From positions 2,666,001 through 2,730,000 of the forward strand of contig OZ024753.1 of assembly GCA_964016885.1 (NCBI GenBank): 64,000 nt of DNA, in the 5' to 3' direction. A program made the translations under genes and the position numbers. Origin of the DNA: Eledone cirrhosa. Lineage: Eukaryota. The notes beneath the pieces were generated by a model. The model ran no database searches. It was not told the origin of the DNA and worked only from the letters and a program-made list of their open reading frames with translations. Positions 12,592-26,800 of the stretch are shown here, piece after piece; positions within the stretch are counted from its first letter, which is position 1; every line of letters starts with the position of its first letter.

Positions 12592-15432
12592 ACACTCTAC
12601 TAAAGGTAGTTTGTTCTCTCTTTCTGTTTTAATACGATACAACATGGAAAATGTAGGTCCAAATATAGGAAATTTCATTTTAATCTTGGAAAGAAAGAAT
12701 TGTGTTAACCATTTCTAACATTAAGATAATGGTTTCTGATTTAGGCACAAGTGAACACCACAAATTAGAATGGCTATTTCAATGCATTTCCATCACTATT
12801 CTATTGGCTGGAATCATGAAGCAGCATGCACCTGAGATTCTGCATACCAGGGAACACTCTACCATGTTGACCAGGCATATACCATTGTGGTAATGATGGT
12901 GTTTTTTCTGCATATTTATATATATATACCAGACATATATCCTTGTCGTAATGGTGGTGGTCTGTGTACTTAGATATATATACACTTCTCCACAACGACA
13001 ACTGTTAACTTGATCCATAACCATGTTCATTAAATACTGTGTAACAGTGTAGTGATGTTATCTGCTTCTATTTAGTCATATATAGAAATACATTATAGCA
13101 AAGATTGTGAGCATTCAATTTTATAATATGTATCTGAGTGTGTTACTCTACATATTATCAGTATGTATGCATATATGTGGTATGTGTGTGTGTGAAGCTG
13201 CCTAAATAAATATCAAGAAATCAATTACTGTTATCTGTAGGAGGGAGCATACTGTTGAAAGTTTTCTTCACGTTACTTAAATTTTCAATATTTGTTTGCA
13301 GTCATCCATAACTGGATTGAAGTTCAAACACCTCAGCACCTCAGGGCAATGTATATAGCTTAGCTAGCGTCAATCAGATTTCCCGATTAACAAAAACAGG
13401 TTACAATTCAGAGAAAATGGGAATTGAAGCCAACTATAAAATACCATTTGCTCTATCAAAAACCTTACCATTCACAGAAGCATAAGAAATGGATGTAAAG
13501 ACACAAATTTAATGTTATAATGCCCTGGTTGACATTATGTTCACAGGAAAACTAATATCATTAAGAATCACGATATATTCATTAACCACCATCTATCAGA
13601 GGCATAATCTCCCAGTCATGAGGTTGTGAATTCAATTCCCAGGCAATCATATAGTTGAGTCCTTTAGCAATTCACTTTATTTTACATTACTTTAGTTCAT
13701 TCAGATGAAGCAAAATGAGTTGTGCTATAATTTGTACCAAGCTGTATAGGTCTTTGTCTTTTCTTTGGATAACATCAGTGGCATGGAGAAAGGAACCTGG
13801 CATGCATGGGCGACTGACGGACTTCCACAAAACACCCAGCCTGGGCTCATTCCACAGAAAGGAATTTTCTAAGTGCAAGCTTATGGTCAGCTATGATAGA
13901 AGGGAGCCTTCATCTATTAAAAGAAAATGTTTCCTTTCATATTTGACCCCAGTTTCCTACCATAGAACTAGTTCTAATTCTGTTGACTCTGAAGTTGTTT
14001 TATATTAGATTTGAAATAAATACTAATAAATGTTAATGTAGGTTACAGTGAAGCAGTAAAGTACTCAAACTGGTTTACTTCTCTTTACACAGTCAAATTA
14101 ATTCTTACGACATTAACAAAAGCAAAGAAAATTATTATAGTAGTAACTAATAGGGACCTTTTAATCAACACAAGTTTTCAGAAGTCAAACTATTTCAATA
14201 ACGCTAATTAAGAGCAATACACTTATTTCAACATGTCAAAACATACTTGTTGGTATCTGCAAATATTTATAGTATTCAAAGAGGACATGACTTAGATTTT
14301 TTGAAAAAGCTGAATGAAAGACACAACAAACGTGATTACAGTAAAATCAATAAAATTTCTTATGCTAAAGTCGTTTACAAAATACATATTAATCAAGAAA
14401 TAGATATATATTATCTCTTTCAATTACAACACACTATTTGTGCTTGCTCCAACATCTCACATACCCTTTTTTTTATCCTCTGAATATATTTGTTTGCTAT
14501 ATGTAAACATAAAGAAAATAGCACAGTTTTGTACTGAAGGGTATTTTATCTCAAAAGAGTTCAAAAAGGATAAATAGAAGAAATAAAATGAAACCAAACA
14601 AAAATGGTAAAATGAAAATTGTGATACATCTTCTGAGTGTATAGCATACATAATTAACGAACTGTTGACAATTATCGTAAATACTGACACTATGAATAAC
14701 CTTTAATAATGTGGAATAGAAATATTACCTACAAAGAATATTAAGATAGATATATTATTGATTTTGACTTAACAGAAATACAAACTACCAACAACACCAA
14801 TAATATAGTTATGTATTTACATATGTGTAAAACAAAGTCTTTTCTTCCCTTTTTTTTCTAATTTACCAATGATTTAAGGGAATTTTCTTTATGTTTTTCA
14901 TAAAAAACACATACCTTATATTTTTTTTTCTACTACATCTTTTGTTCAGTATATTTTCTATCATCTTCCAATATATTATTGATTCTTTTCGACTAAGTGC
15001 AAGGGTAACTTGTACTAAATTCATTGATCCTACATGAGAGAAGCATAAATTTGATTCTGAAGAGACTTGAGTATAAAACCCCAAGAGATAAAGCTAAATA
15101 ATCCACAGACACAACCACCTCTACCCAAACATCCAACTTTTACTAGTATATTTTCTATCATAACAATTATATAAGAAATTAGCTGCTGGAGTGGAAGCAG
15201 ATATATTTCACTCAATACTAACTACAGCATCTTAGGTCAACTAGTTTTTATTTGAATAAGATCTTGGATGAGACTATCTGCATGATTGAAGTGCAATATT
15301 TCACATGACTAAGGGGTTAAAAGGGCTGAAACCATCATAAAGTTAAAGATCTCTAAGCAGCAGCCATCTATGGATTAGTCATTTGTATTTCTCCATGAAA
15401 GATTAAATGTGATGCGACTGATCTCATTTGTA

Positions 15433-15707
15433 TTAACCTTTTAATATCAACCCACCCAATACCCAGCTATTATCATCATCACATATCAACGTCTGTTTTT
15501 CCAGCTTCTTTGAAATAAAGCCACACATTTTAAAGAATTCCTATTTAAATCAAAATCTTCAAACATAATTTTATATAAAAACCATATATTAAATTATCAC
15601 TGTCTTAGTAATGTAATAATTAATAATTATAGGAAATTTTTTTAATCTTCATTAATTAATTGAAACTTTGTGTAATTCCATTAGAAATATGGCCACAAAA
15701 GGGTTAA
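15433..15707. mobile_element. TTAA-flanked MITE-2. Also at 24576-24816, 57445-57683 and ~55015-55240, with reversed relics at ~250-482, 5670-5823 and 49270-49423
   Basis: ttaacc(c)ttt ... aaagggttaa termini and shared internal cctatttaa..taaaatcttc..cattaattaattgaaa. Confidence 0.7.
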
Positions 15708-15927
15708 TAAAATTAAGACAAAACAAATCGTATTTATAGTAAACAATAAGTATGTTGCTGAAAGCTTTTTTCTCTAACTTTGTTTCTTTTATTTAGTGTA
15801 CAATATTTTGTTAAGTGGTATGGGGAAGCATTCTATTTTTGATACCTGGCTAAAAGAATTTCAATTCACTAATTCTACATAATTCAATCTTTCTTCCCCA
15901 CTTACTCTCTCTCTCTCTCAATCTCTG

Positions 15928-15963
<36 letters not shown>

Positions 15964-16569
15964 CATATTATATATAACTGACTCTTTTCCTATATATATA
16001 ACTGACTCTTTTCCTATATATATATACACCCTACAAACATTGCTTGGTATGGCTTGATGAAGAAACTGAATATTACTTATTCTGTGTATAGAATATGCTA
16101 TGTGTTAATTTATTTATAAATACAAATAGAATAGAATGTTGTTTATCTTAAGTAGAAGACTAGACATATTCAAAAAGGAAGACAATGTTAAAGAGTTAAA
16201 AAATGGATACCCACTCTCAGTTGTTTTACATCTATTTCTATATTTTCTCAGTCTTCTTTCTATCTATCTGCCTTCTTCCCAGTATACCCCCTTTGTTCAC
16301 AGTTTTCTTACTTTATCACATTTCTTTCTTGTCATTATGTAAATATATTTTATATTTTATATTAAATGTTAATTTATTTAACTTTTAAAACTATTAACTA
16401 TTATATATACGCCCGCAATTAAATATAATTTAGTCGTATTGTGAAATATGTTATTGTAAAAGTCTGAATTTGCTATTAGTATATATGTATATATATGTAT
16501 ATATATATATATGTATATATATATAATATATATATATATATATAATATATATATATATATATAATATAT

Positions 16570-16647
<78 letters not shown>

Positions 16648-16863
16648 CGTTATTCCGGGTTGAATCGGAGGTAACCACAGTAAGTAAGGTACTCAATACA
16701 TAGCAGAGTATAACAGTTTTAATATAGATGAGATTCTACAGGACTAGAACTGTTTCATTCATTAGAAATCATCAGGAATCATCAGAAATCATCAGGAATC
16801 TCCTGATGATTTCTAATGAATGAAACAGTTCTAGTCCTGTAGAATCTCATCTATATTAAAACT
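16648..16863 (-). mobile_element. Penelope-like pLTR/retrozyme-like short element (family B) in a (TA)n array, with a 63-bp perfect inverted repeat
   Basis: (TA)n lies on both sides. Arms 16715-16777 and 16801-16863 are exact reverse complements. On the minus strand the hammerhead core is followed by ATTAAA and the gtattgagtac motif. Confidence 0.6.
16732..16780 (-). ncRNA. Minimal type-I hammerhead ribozyme motif
   Basis: Minus strand reads gattc CTGATGA t-ttc-taat-gaa-t GAAA CAG ttctagtc CTG TA gaatc. Stem I is gattc/gaatc. Stem II is ttc/gaa with a U.U at its base (atypical). Stem III is ACAG/CTGT, followed by a GUA triplet. Confidence 0.7.
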
Positions 16864-16983
16864 ATATATATATATATATATATACATGAAAAAACCTTGT
16901 AACAGCATTGAGTGCTTCTTAAACTGATAAACTGCCTGTAACTCAAGTTACACCCACATCCACCATATTATATATAAATATAT

Positions 16984-17016
<33 letters not shown>

Positions 17017-17383
17017 ATACATATACACATATATAAATATATACACATATATACATATACACATATATAAATATATACACATATATGTATGTGTACATAT
17101 ATATATATATATACATATATATATACATATATATATACATACTAGTAGTTGTTTTACAATGTCTACATAGCATTGATGATATAAATTTAGAAATAGAATG
17201 TAGAAAGGGACAAGAGACTAACAGCATTAACATAGAGGACAACAACACCATAAGAAATAAAAGGCAAAAAATCAACTGTCTGACACTCTATCGATTCCTT
17301 CAAACCACCACCATCAATCAGCTCAATGATTTGAAAATAATAAGCTGTGTCCTTCCTTAGAAATATGATAATAAAAGAGTTAA

Positions 17384-17560
17384 TAATGGTTTCTACTTTT
17401 GGCACAAGGCCAGCAATTACTCCAGTGCATTACTGGTACTTTATGTTATCTATCCTGTAAGGATGAAAGGCAAAGCTAACCTTGGTAGGAGTTGAACTCA
17501 GAACGTAAAGGGCCAAAACTATGTTGCAAAGCATGGTATCTGATGCTCTACCAATACTGC
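17384..17560 (-). mobile_element. SINE-A copy
   Basis: Matches the reverse complement of 49991-50180. Confidence 0.85.
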
Positions 17561-18049
17561 TCTTGAAAGAGTTAACAAGATACTTGCTGAAAAGAGAATC
17601 ATGAATATGAGGAGAATAGTTTGATGAACTTATGCTACGTTATCATTAACATATAGTTACTGAACTTCAAAATGAATGTCTAGGAGACAACTGGACAAGT
17701 AGAAGAAAGAGGATTATATTTATATGTAAGTAGAATACAATAACATTTGTTATCTGAATATGTTTCTGTCAATAATAGTATGGAATATTTGTAAAAGTTG
17801 GCAAACTCAGCTGTTATGAATATGAAATGTGAATGACAGAATCATTGAAAAGTGAATTGTATGTTAATAACCTGAGTTTGTTGGTAGCCATGGTGGACGA
17901 GATAAAAAGAACTACCTTCTCATATATAACATAATATACAGCTAAACAAATAATTACCATATATCAATAATTATACAATAAAGAATATATAACTGACTCA
18001 TTGTAAATATGCATAAAACCATATACATGCATAAAATCATATACATTCA

Positions 18050-18627
18050 TATGTACATGGAATTTTTGTATGCCATGTATCTGTGTGTGTGTATATATGT
18101 ACATATATACACACACACACATGTACATGGAAATTTAGTATGCCATGTATCTGTGTGTGTGTATATATGTACATATATACACACACACACATGTACATGG
18201 AAATTTAGTATGCCATGTATCTGTGTGTGTGTATATATGTACATATATACACACACATGTACATGGAAATTTAGTATGCCATGTATCTGTGTGTGTGTAT
18301 ATATGTACATATATACACACACACACATGTACATGGAATTTTAGTATGCCATGTATCTGTGTGTGTATATATGTATATATATACACACACACACATGTAC
18401 ATGGAATTTTAGTATGCCATGTATCTGTGTGTGTGTATATATGTACATATATACACACACACACATGTACATGGAATTTTAGTATGCCATGTATCTGTGT
18501 GTGTATATATGTATATATATACACACACACACATGTACATGGAATTTTAGTATGCCATGTATCTGTGTGTGTGTATATATGTACATATATACACACACAC
18601 ATGTACATGGCATACTAAATTTCCATG
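18050..18627. repeat. ~68-bp hairpin-containing minisatellite, about 8 copies, ending in an inverted unit core
   Basis: Unit catgtacatggaa(a/t)tttagtatgccatgtatc(tg)n tatatatgtacatatata(ca)n. The array ends catggcatactaaatttccatg. Confidence 0.95.
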
Positions 18628-18887
18628 TTGGAGTTTTTTCCTTACAAAATGATTTTGTCTTCTACAAAATGTCCTTTAATAAGCAAATACCAGCAGTTGA
18701 TCGGTCATTTCTTGTTTGTGCCATAGTCAATGTCACTTGTATCCTTGCTCCCCAAATTGCCATTGTCTTTCACAAAATTGGCAAGAATGCATCACACCTG
18801 AGGAAGTAGACCCATGAGGTGAAATAGCTGATGTAGTAAGTGTCAATGTCTATTCTCTTCCGCAATGCCTATGTCATTTTGTGGACA

Positions 18888-19455
18888 AGGTGCAGCTAAA
18901 ATATACCACAGAGACTGAGGTGCCCACAGGGTGCAGCTGAGATATATCGCAGAGACTGAGGTGTCCATAGGGTGCAGCTGAGATATACCACAGAGACTGA
19001 GGTGCCCATAGGGTGCAGCTGAGATACACCACAGAGACTGAGGTGCCCATAGGGTGCAGCTGAGATACACCACAGAGACTGAGGTGTCCATAGGGTGCAG
19101 CTGAGATATACCACAGTGACTGAGGTGCCCATAGGGTGCAGCTGAGATACACCACAGAGACTGAGGTGTCCATAGGGTGCAGCTGAGATACACCACAGAG
19201 ACTGAGGTGTCCATAGGGTGCAGCTGAGATACACCACAGAGACTGAGGTGTCCATAGGGTGCAGCTGAGATACACCACAGAGACTGAGGTGTTCATAGGG
19301 TGCAGCTGAGATACACCACAGAGACTGAGGTGTCCATAGGGTGCAGCTGAGATACACCACAGAGACTGAGGTGTCCATAGGGTGCAGCTGAGATATACCA
19401 CAGAGACTGAGGTGCCCATAGGGTGCAGCTGAGATATACCACAGAGACTGAGGTG
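18888..19455. repeat. 41-bp minisatellite, about 14 copies
   Basis: Unit gggtgcagctgagatacaccacagagactgaggtgtccata with strict 41-bp periodicity and no unique spacers. Confidence 0.97.
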
Positions 19456-19825
19456 TAGATTCTGATGCTCGCCACCCCTGTTTTCTTAATATTTAGTATT
19501 TAATTTGTTTTTTTTTATATTTTTTATTGCAAACATTATATCATCGTATTGATATTTGTCCACAGAAAATGTTACATTTTTGTTTGTTTGTTTTGTTTCT
19601 GTTTCCAAAGTGTATGGAGTAATAGTTATTAACTTACAATATTTAGACATAGGTAGATAATTCTAGCTAGTAGGTGTTTACAAAATCATAATATTTCTAG
19701 AGGCATTGTATAACATAATGATATATAAACAATATTAATTTTTGTTGAATAAGTTGTCACTCATCTTAAATCTATATTGTTTACAAATGTAAATTTCAGT
19801 TCCCTTTTACACTGAAATATCAATT

Positions 19826-20012
19826 AATTGTTTCTACGTTAGGCACAAGGCCAGCAATTACCCAGTGCATTACTGGTACTTTATTTTATCGACCCCGTAA
19901 GGATGAAAGGCAAAGTTAACCTTGGCAGGATTTGAACTCAGAATGGCAAGGGCCGTACTCTATACGTCAAAGCAAGGCCTCCGACCCTCTACCAATACTG
20001 CCAATCCACCGC
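19826..20012 (-). mobile_element. SINE-A copy
   Basis: Matches the SINE-A consensus. Confidence 0.85.
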
Positions 20013-20202
20013 ATTAATACAGATAAAATATAGATGCATGATGTCACTCAGCCTTTGTTACTTTCAAAACCAGCCATTCTTAAATAGGACTAAATTTCCT
20101 ATCAGAGACTCGATGGGGCAATTTGAAATTTCCAGTGGGTAAATTGATTTTAAGTTGAAAATTGCATTGTTTTTGCTATGTCAATTTTCCTTAATACTGA
20201 TT

Positions 20203-20431
20203 TTAACCCTTTAGCATTTAAACCAGCTGTATTTGGCCAGTATTCTCTCACCTCTTTCTGTTCACACAAGCTGTAACTGGCCACTAATACTAACATTAAG
20301 GTATTGTTCTCAAAATCAATAATATCAGAATCTCATAGATTCGATATTATGGGAGATAATTATGTAAGATAAAGCCTTTACCTCAAAAATAGAATAGTAT
20401 ATATAGAGTAATGTAAATGCTAAAGGGTTAA
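20203..20431. mobile_element. TTAA-flanked piggyBac-type MITE-1. Also at 6941-7155, 25739-25933, 37456-37668 and 56724-56944
   Basis: TTAA|CCCTTTAGCATTTA ... TAAATGCTAAAGGG|TTAA with a shared internal sequence. Confidence 0.85.
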
Positions 20432-20670
20432 GTATGATAATCTGAAAACCTTTAAATATTATGCAATAACTTATGTTATATACAAAGTAATATTTTTACT
20501 AACATTTGTAAGGCTTGGGAGTAATTTAGGATAGTGAACCGGTAAAGTAAATATGGAAAAAAAAAGAAAAGAAACAATAATCAAAATTATCATCACTACT
20601 GCAAGCATTTCTACTATTTTAGCTGCTACTAGAGTTATTAAAACTAGCAAATGGAAGTAGTGATGATGGA

Positions 20671-20843
20671 TACAGGTAACATTTTGTTATAACAAATACT
20701 ATTATAACAAAATTTTCAGTATAACGAGTTAATAACAAACAAATGTTCAATTTGTTTCAATCAATCTCGTTATAAAGAATTTTCCGTTACAACAAATTTT
20801 TTTTTATACGCCATGAATTTTGTTATAACAGAATTTCACTGTA
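20671..20843. mobile_element. TA-flanked pogo/Tigger-like MITE
   Basis: Left end tacaggtaacattttgttataacaaa versus right-end reverse complement tacagtgaaattctgttataacaaa. Internal gttataac repeats. Confidence 0.6.
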
Positions 20844-23800
20844 TATGGCTGCTGGTGGGTTCTTGCTTTCTTTCTTTTCTTTTTCTGCAGTAGAGATAGA
20901 TGACAAATAGATCACTGCAGAAAATGTATTGTGAACGAAGATTTGCAAGTGTACCCTATGCTTAAATATAATTATAATGCACAGGAAGAAATTAGGAGCC
21001 AACAGTATATAGGTCTTACTGAGTAAGAAGGAACAGATATGACAGCGGGTGTGTATCAGAAGAAAAAGCAGTTGAACAACAATATCAACAATAACAAAAA
21101 TTACAATAATAAAGCTGTAAAAGAAGAAGCCAAAGTGTAAAATATAGGAATCCTGTAAAAAGAAAGAACAATAATAAAATGAAAAACAACAACTTCCACC
21201 ACATCTACAAACACCATAACCATTATCATTATATATAGCAAGGTTTTTTTTTTTTTGGTTTTTTTTTGGTAGAATGATGGTTGTTGTTGAATAATGAAAA
21301 TTTTACTTTGAATGTGACTAAAGATCAATATATTTTCAATAAGTTAAAGAAACATTTCAAAGTTTTTTTATGTGTATTTTAGTAACCTATAATTGAAAGA
21401 TTGAAAGACAACCACTAAATTCAGAGACAGGGAACATTGCAAAGCAAAAAAAAGAAAGAAATATAAAGAAAAAAAACTGGATGATATAAAAACAAACTAG
21501 TAAAATGACTATCTATCAACAACATTGGTTAATATATGAGAATTACTGATATATGACTATATGGCTATAGCAACTATTATTTACTGGGCACCCTCCACAT
21601 TCACTTTTTAATCACTGCTCTCTTTTATAATAACCTACTGCATAAGATTTAATGACTTTATGTTTTCTCATAGTAATTCTAAAGAGTAAGCTAATAAATA
21701 ATTATGACTGGCTATCAGACATGAAGTTGGTATTGATTGTGACTTTAAATCTTCTTAATTGTGTTTTAGGGATGAAATGAAAATCTCCAATATAGTATTA
21801 CTTTAGGAATCAAATATGCTAACATTGGTGTAATTACTAGTTAGAGGAAATAAGTTAAAAAGTTTTCAAACATAAAAACCCTCTCCTATAAAGACATCCA
21901 CTTAAATATGATATAATCTGAATGTGTATGTAAGCACCTGTACCATCTGATGGAGTTGTAGAAGCACCATAAGGATATATGGCATGACTTGGTTAATTTA
22001 AACCAGGTGGAAACCATCTCCTCTTAAGGTCTGGACATGACCAATTTATTCAAGAGAAGGAGAGAGTGAAAGACAGGAAATCAGAAGGAGATATAGAGGA
22101 CAAAACGACCCCAGTACAGGACTGGTACATTTTCTTTTATCCACCACAAAAAGATAATGAGCAAAGTTGACTTTGATGGGATCTTAATACAGAGATCCAG
22201 AACCAATACTGCAAAGCACTCCATCCAATTTTCTAATGGCTCTGCCAATATAACTTGAAACAACTATGACAGAATAGTGTACTTATGTTTATTGTTAAGT
22301 TTTTCTTTGCATCATATGTAAAAAGAAAAAAGGCATGTTATGAATAATGTTGAAAATAATGTCAAGAAAGGTATGATTGTAAGTATAAGAGTTTCATCCC
22401 ATGCCATTCATTTATGTTTTGCTGAAAAGACTGACAAAAGTTATTAGAGAAAATGAATGCATTTGTTTGTCAAAAATAGAGTTATAGATTTCGTCAAATA
22501 TTTGATTTGAAACTACATTCAAATCTGCAAATAATTCATAGAAATTGAAACAAAAAGAATTGTGACAAATTGATGAAGCAAAATTGTGAAGTACAGAATG
22601 TTTGTGAAGATATTTTGTACGAAAGTTAGACAGATGGTCTAATGAAGCAATTGAAGAATTTATGTCATATGTATCTAATTTGTCTCCCCTCTCATCATAT
22701 GCATCCCATATGTCCTTTCTAAATCAACATTTCAGAGAAAGGTCATTTAACTTCCATACCTACTGTCTCCATATTTTCCTGTACTGTATCGTGCTGTGTT
22801 TATTCTGAGGTCACTAATACCTAACATGTTAGGTGGCATATTTTTCTCCAAGTAAGGTCCTTAGCATGTGTGTGTCTTAAAATTATTGTCACTAACTTTG
22901 TATGCATTATTAAATTAAACACATTAACCTATTACCTAATCGTTGATTCCCATTTTTCATTATATTATTAATATTAAGCAAGCTACTCAGTTGCAAATAC
23001 TATCTGGCAGATGTATAAATACTAAACTTGCATGGCTAATAACTATTTCAATACAGTTAAAATATTACCTATGGAGTATCATTTTCTTTAAAGATATCTC
23101 ATTTGCTAATGGAACTTAGTTTTGGATATCCCTTTATCCTCAGCTTTTCATACAGTAGATATCATCTTAAGTTTACTTTTCTGTAGTTAAGCCATCACCC
23201 TGTTTAATTTGTCCTTGATAGAACTAAATGAAAATATATTACATATCTATATCAGAAAATAGTTTTCACTCGTATTGGATAGCTAAAAACACTGGCAATT
23301 TCATGAACAAGTAAAATAAAGATTAAGATAAAAATCCATTTTTAAAACAGAAGATAAAACAATGTTCCAGAATACTGGCAACAAACAGAATGAAAATGGG
23401 AATTCCTGATGATGATTGAGAAAATAGTAATGGCACATTGCATTAATTTCCCAGAATTGCTTCCACTTTGTTTGATTAAACATTTCTTGACATTTGAAAA
23501 CAATGAACACTTCCCCCCTCATGTTGAAGATCTTTTAAAGATAGAATCTATGAATGGGAACGCAATAAGATAAAATAATACAATAAGATAAAGCAATTAA
23601 GCAAGGAAAGACGATGGTTGTATAGTGAAAGTGGTTTGAAATTTCAACATGTAAGGAAAATGAAATATTCTCTTTGACTTGGGTCAGAAAAAAAAAGATA
23701 AATAAAATGAAACCATGGAAACATTTGTTTTAGCTGCTATCATTAAGAGATAAGCTTCATGCTACCATTTTTAGTTGCAGGAAATAAATAATTGTTTCTA

Positions 23801-26800
23801 TGGTGATTCACATAAGCACAAAGGTGAGCTATATACTCTGGAAAAAATATTTGGTGGTCAAAACATTTTAGAACACTTAATAATATATTGCCTTGATAGA
23901 TCACTAATAATGATTCCTTTTGATAAATAATTTATAACATTTTGATCTAGGTGTTACATCACTGTATAACTGCCACATTTAGAAATATATATCAAGATAG
24001 ATTTTAAGATACTATGGTGGGGACACATTCAAATCATGCCAGCACGAAAAAATGCAACTGAGTTAAAAATTCTGAATAAGGGAACAACTAGAAATAGCAG
24101 CTAAATCTCCTCCAAAAATATAGAAATTATGAGGATATAATTTACATGATATATTTTATAAAATATATTTCCTTCAGACATTGTATCTGAGACTACATTT
24201 TAAGATGGACTGGTCATGGCTGGACTGGTCATGACTGGACTTCTTTCGATCATAGCTCTGTTTTAACAGAACCAATACAGTATAAACACTAGCAGTTGAA
24301 TTATAGATTTTTACGTATTTAAAGTTTGATTCATTTGTGATAAGTTAAAAGGTATAAATGCCATTTGTATGCATTATGGTGAATCCTTGGGAAATATGCT
24401 TCACTATACCTGTAGGTCACTTTAACAAATATTTCATTAACATCATAAAGAGCTTGCAGCATCAAGAGTTACACACAGAAATAGCATACACATTCTATGA
24501 TATCAGTGAAATAGTTTCTAAATATGAATATATCATTCCATGTAAAAGTATATGGAATAGTCTACAACATTCTCTTTAACCTTTCCATTACTAACAAGCC
24601 CAAATCCGTCCTGTATTCTATGAAACAAAACCGCGCATTTTAATGGCTCCTATTTAAATTTAACTCTACTAACATCATTTTATATAAGTACCATATAGTA
24701 AGTTATTGTCTTAGTAATAAGATAATTAATGATTTTTAATAAATCTCTTAAAGTTCCACATTAATTAATTCAGATAGAGTATATTTCATCAGAAATATAA
24801 TCAGAAAAAAGGTTAAAATAGATTGGGGCATCAAATCTAGCTTGTAAACCCTAAATAACATACTATACTAATTGTTCAAAAGTTTACTCAAGCAGAGGTG
24901 ATTCTAGCTTTTTAAAAACATCAGAAAATCCTGAAATTTGTATTTGTAATCCAAACATATAACCCTGAGATTAGCAAACTAAATATTAAACAAATTATAT
25001 ATTTCTAAAGTTTGTTGACAAAAGGAGTAATAGAAGAGATTAGATATGAGCCTCCACCTAATTCTGAAAATAAATGTTCCAGTTGTTTGATCAATGGAAT
25101 GGTCAACTGGTGAAATTAGAGAGTAAGTGGCTGAGCATTCTATAAGCAAATATACAGTGATATAGTGTGACCAGGGTGGCTCAAAGAATTACACGTACAG
25201 CCTAGTTGACAGGCTTTTAGACAGTTTCTGTCTATCTAATTTCACACTCAAACCTTGAGTCGACTTGAGACTGGTAAAAATATTTACTCAAGAGGACAAG
25301 CTATGGGATCAAACCCAATGATTGAAAAGCAAACATTGCGAAACAATTGTCCAGGCATATGTTTATATATTCAGTGTCTTATATTTCTGTCTTTATATCT
25401 TCCTATAGTATAAATTTGGCATCATTGTAATGGATAAAATGACTACTAGTGATATAGACAGGTTGATTTCAACACCTGAATGATAAATCATTATTAATAT
25501 ACTTATCAAGTGTCATGATGTGCTGGATGTAATTTTATCTATTAGAAATGATACAGTTGAGAAATATTCCTTCTGGTTGTAATGCTATTTGTCACAGCAT
25601 AATTTGTCCATGAAAATAGTAGGACTTGCAGTGCAAACAAATTAAATATTTAACAGATATATAGTATTTCTGACTACAATTATAAATTGTACTGATATAC
25701 TGATATTGTCTTTAATAGTGTGGAGTTTAGTCACATGCTTAACTCTTTAGTAATTGCATTACTCTATATATACTATTGTATTTTCATGATAAAGGCTTTA
25801 TCTTACATAATACCGAAGCTATATTTTAATATCTATTTTAAGAACAATACCTTAACTGGTTATAGCTGGTTTGAACAGAAAGAGGTGAGAGAATTTTGGT
25901 CGGATATAGCCAGATTAAATGTTAAAAGTATAAGAACTTTGCTAATTGATCACATGATTAAAGTTCTCATCATATTGCATGACATCTTGGGCAGGTCTGT
26001 TTTAACATAGCTTCAGGTTGATTAAGCATTTTGTGTGACATTGAGTAGACAGAAACGTTGGGATAAATTTTTTTAAAGGTTGATACACTTAATTCATTGG
26101 ATAGTTTAGCACCACCTTTAGGCAGAGTATAATATGCTGCAAGTATTTCTAAACTGGTCACCAATCTGATGATAACTCAATATCTCAATGTACAGCTTTT
26201 GATTGCAGCAACACATTGGGTTCTTGCTTCTTCTTCTTCCCTTTCTTTCATCAGATTTAGAGACACTGACAAAGCTATAAAAATGGATATGAACCTTTAG
26301 TGACTGTTGGCCATAACCATTTCATTACAATAATTTTAATGAAATACACTGTATTTGAATTAATTAATGATTTCGGCACAGCAATTTTTGGGAGAGGGTA
26401 AAATCGATAAAACCAACCCTGGCACATCACTGGTGCTTTATTTTATACCCCCCCCCCCTCCCAATAAGGATGAAAGGCAAAGCTAACCACAGCGTCATCA
26501 TTTGAATTAAGAACGTAAATGTACATAACTATATGTTGCAAAGCATGTTGTCTGATTACTGCCATTCATCACCCTTTTTTTAAAAACTATTTAATGAAGA
26601 ATTTTGAGGGATTTACTAAATTAAGATGGTATTTGTAACATAACAAAAGTTTCTAATAAAAAATTATGAAACTTTTAAAAGGAGTAATTACATTTGATAG
26701 AACTAGAGGCAGTTTTCAGTGGGTAACAGGCACTAACTAATCTAATATTTTAGGAACAGCTTTCAACCACTCACTTGACATGATTCTATATAAGATTCAT

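Noticed and set aside
18888-19455. CRISPR-like periodic array
   Set aside because: The units are contiguous with no unique spacers, there are no cas genes, and the context is eukaryotic.
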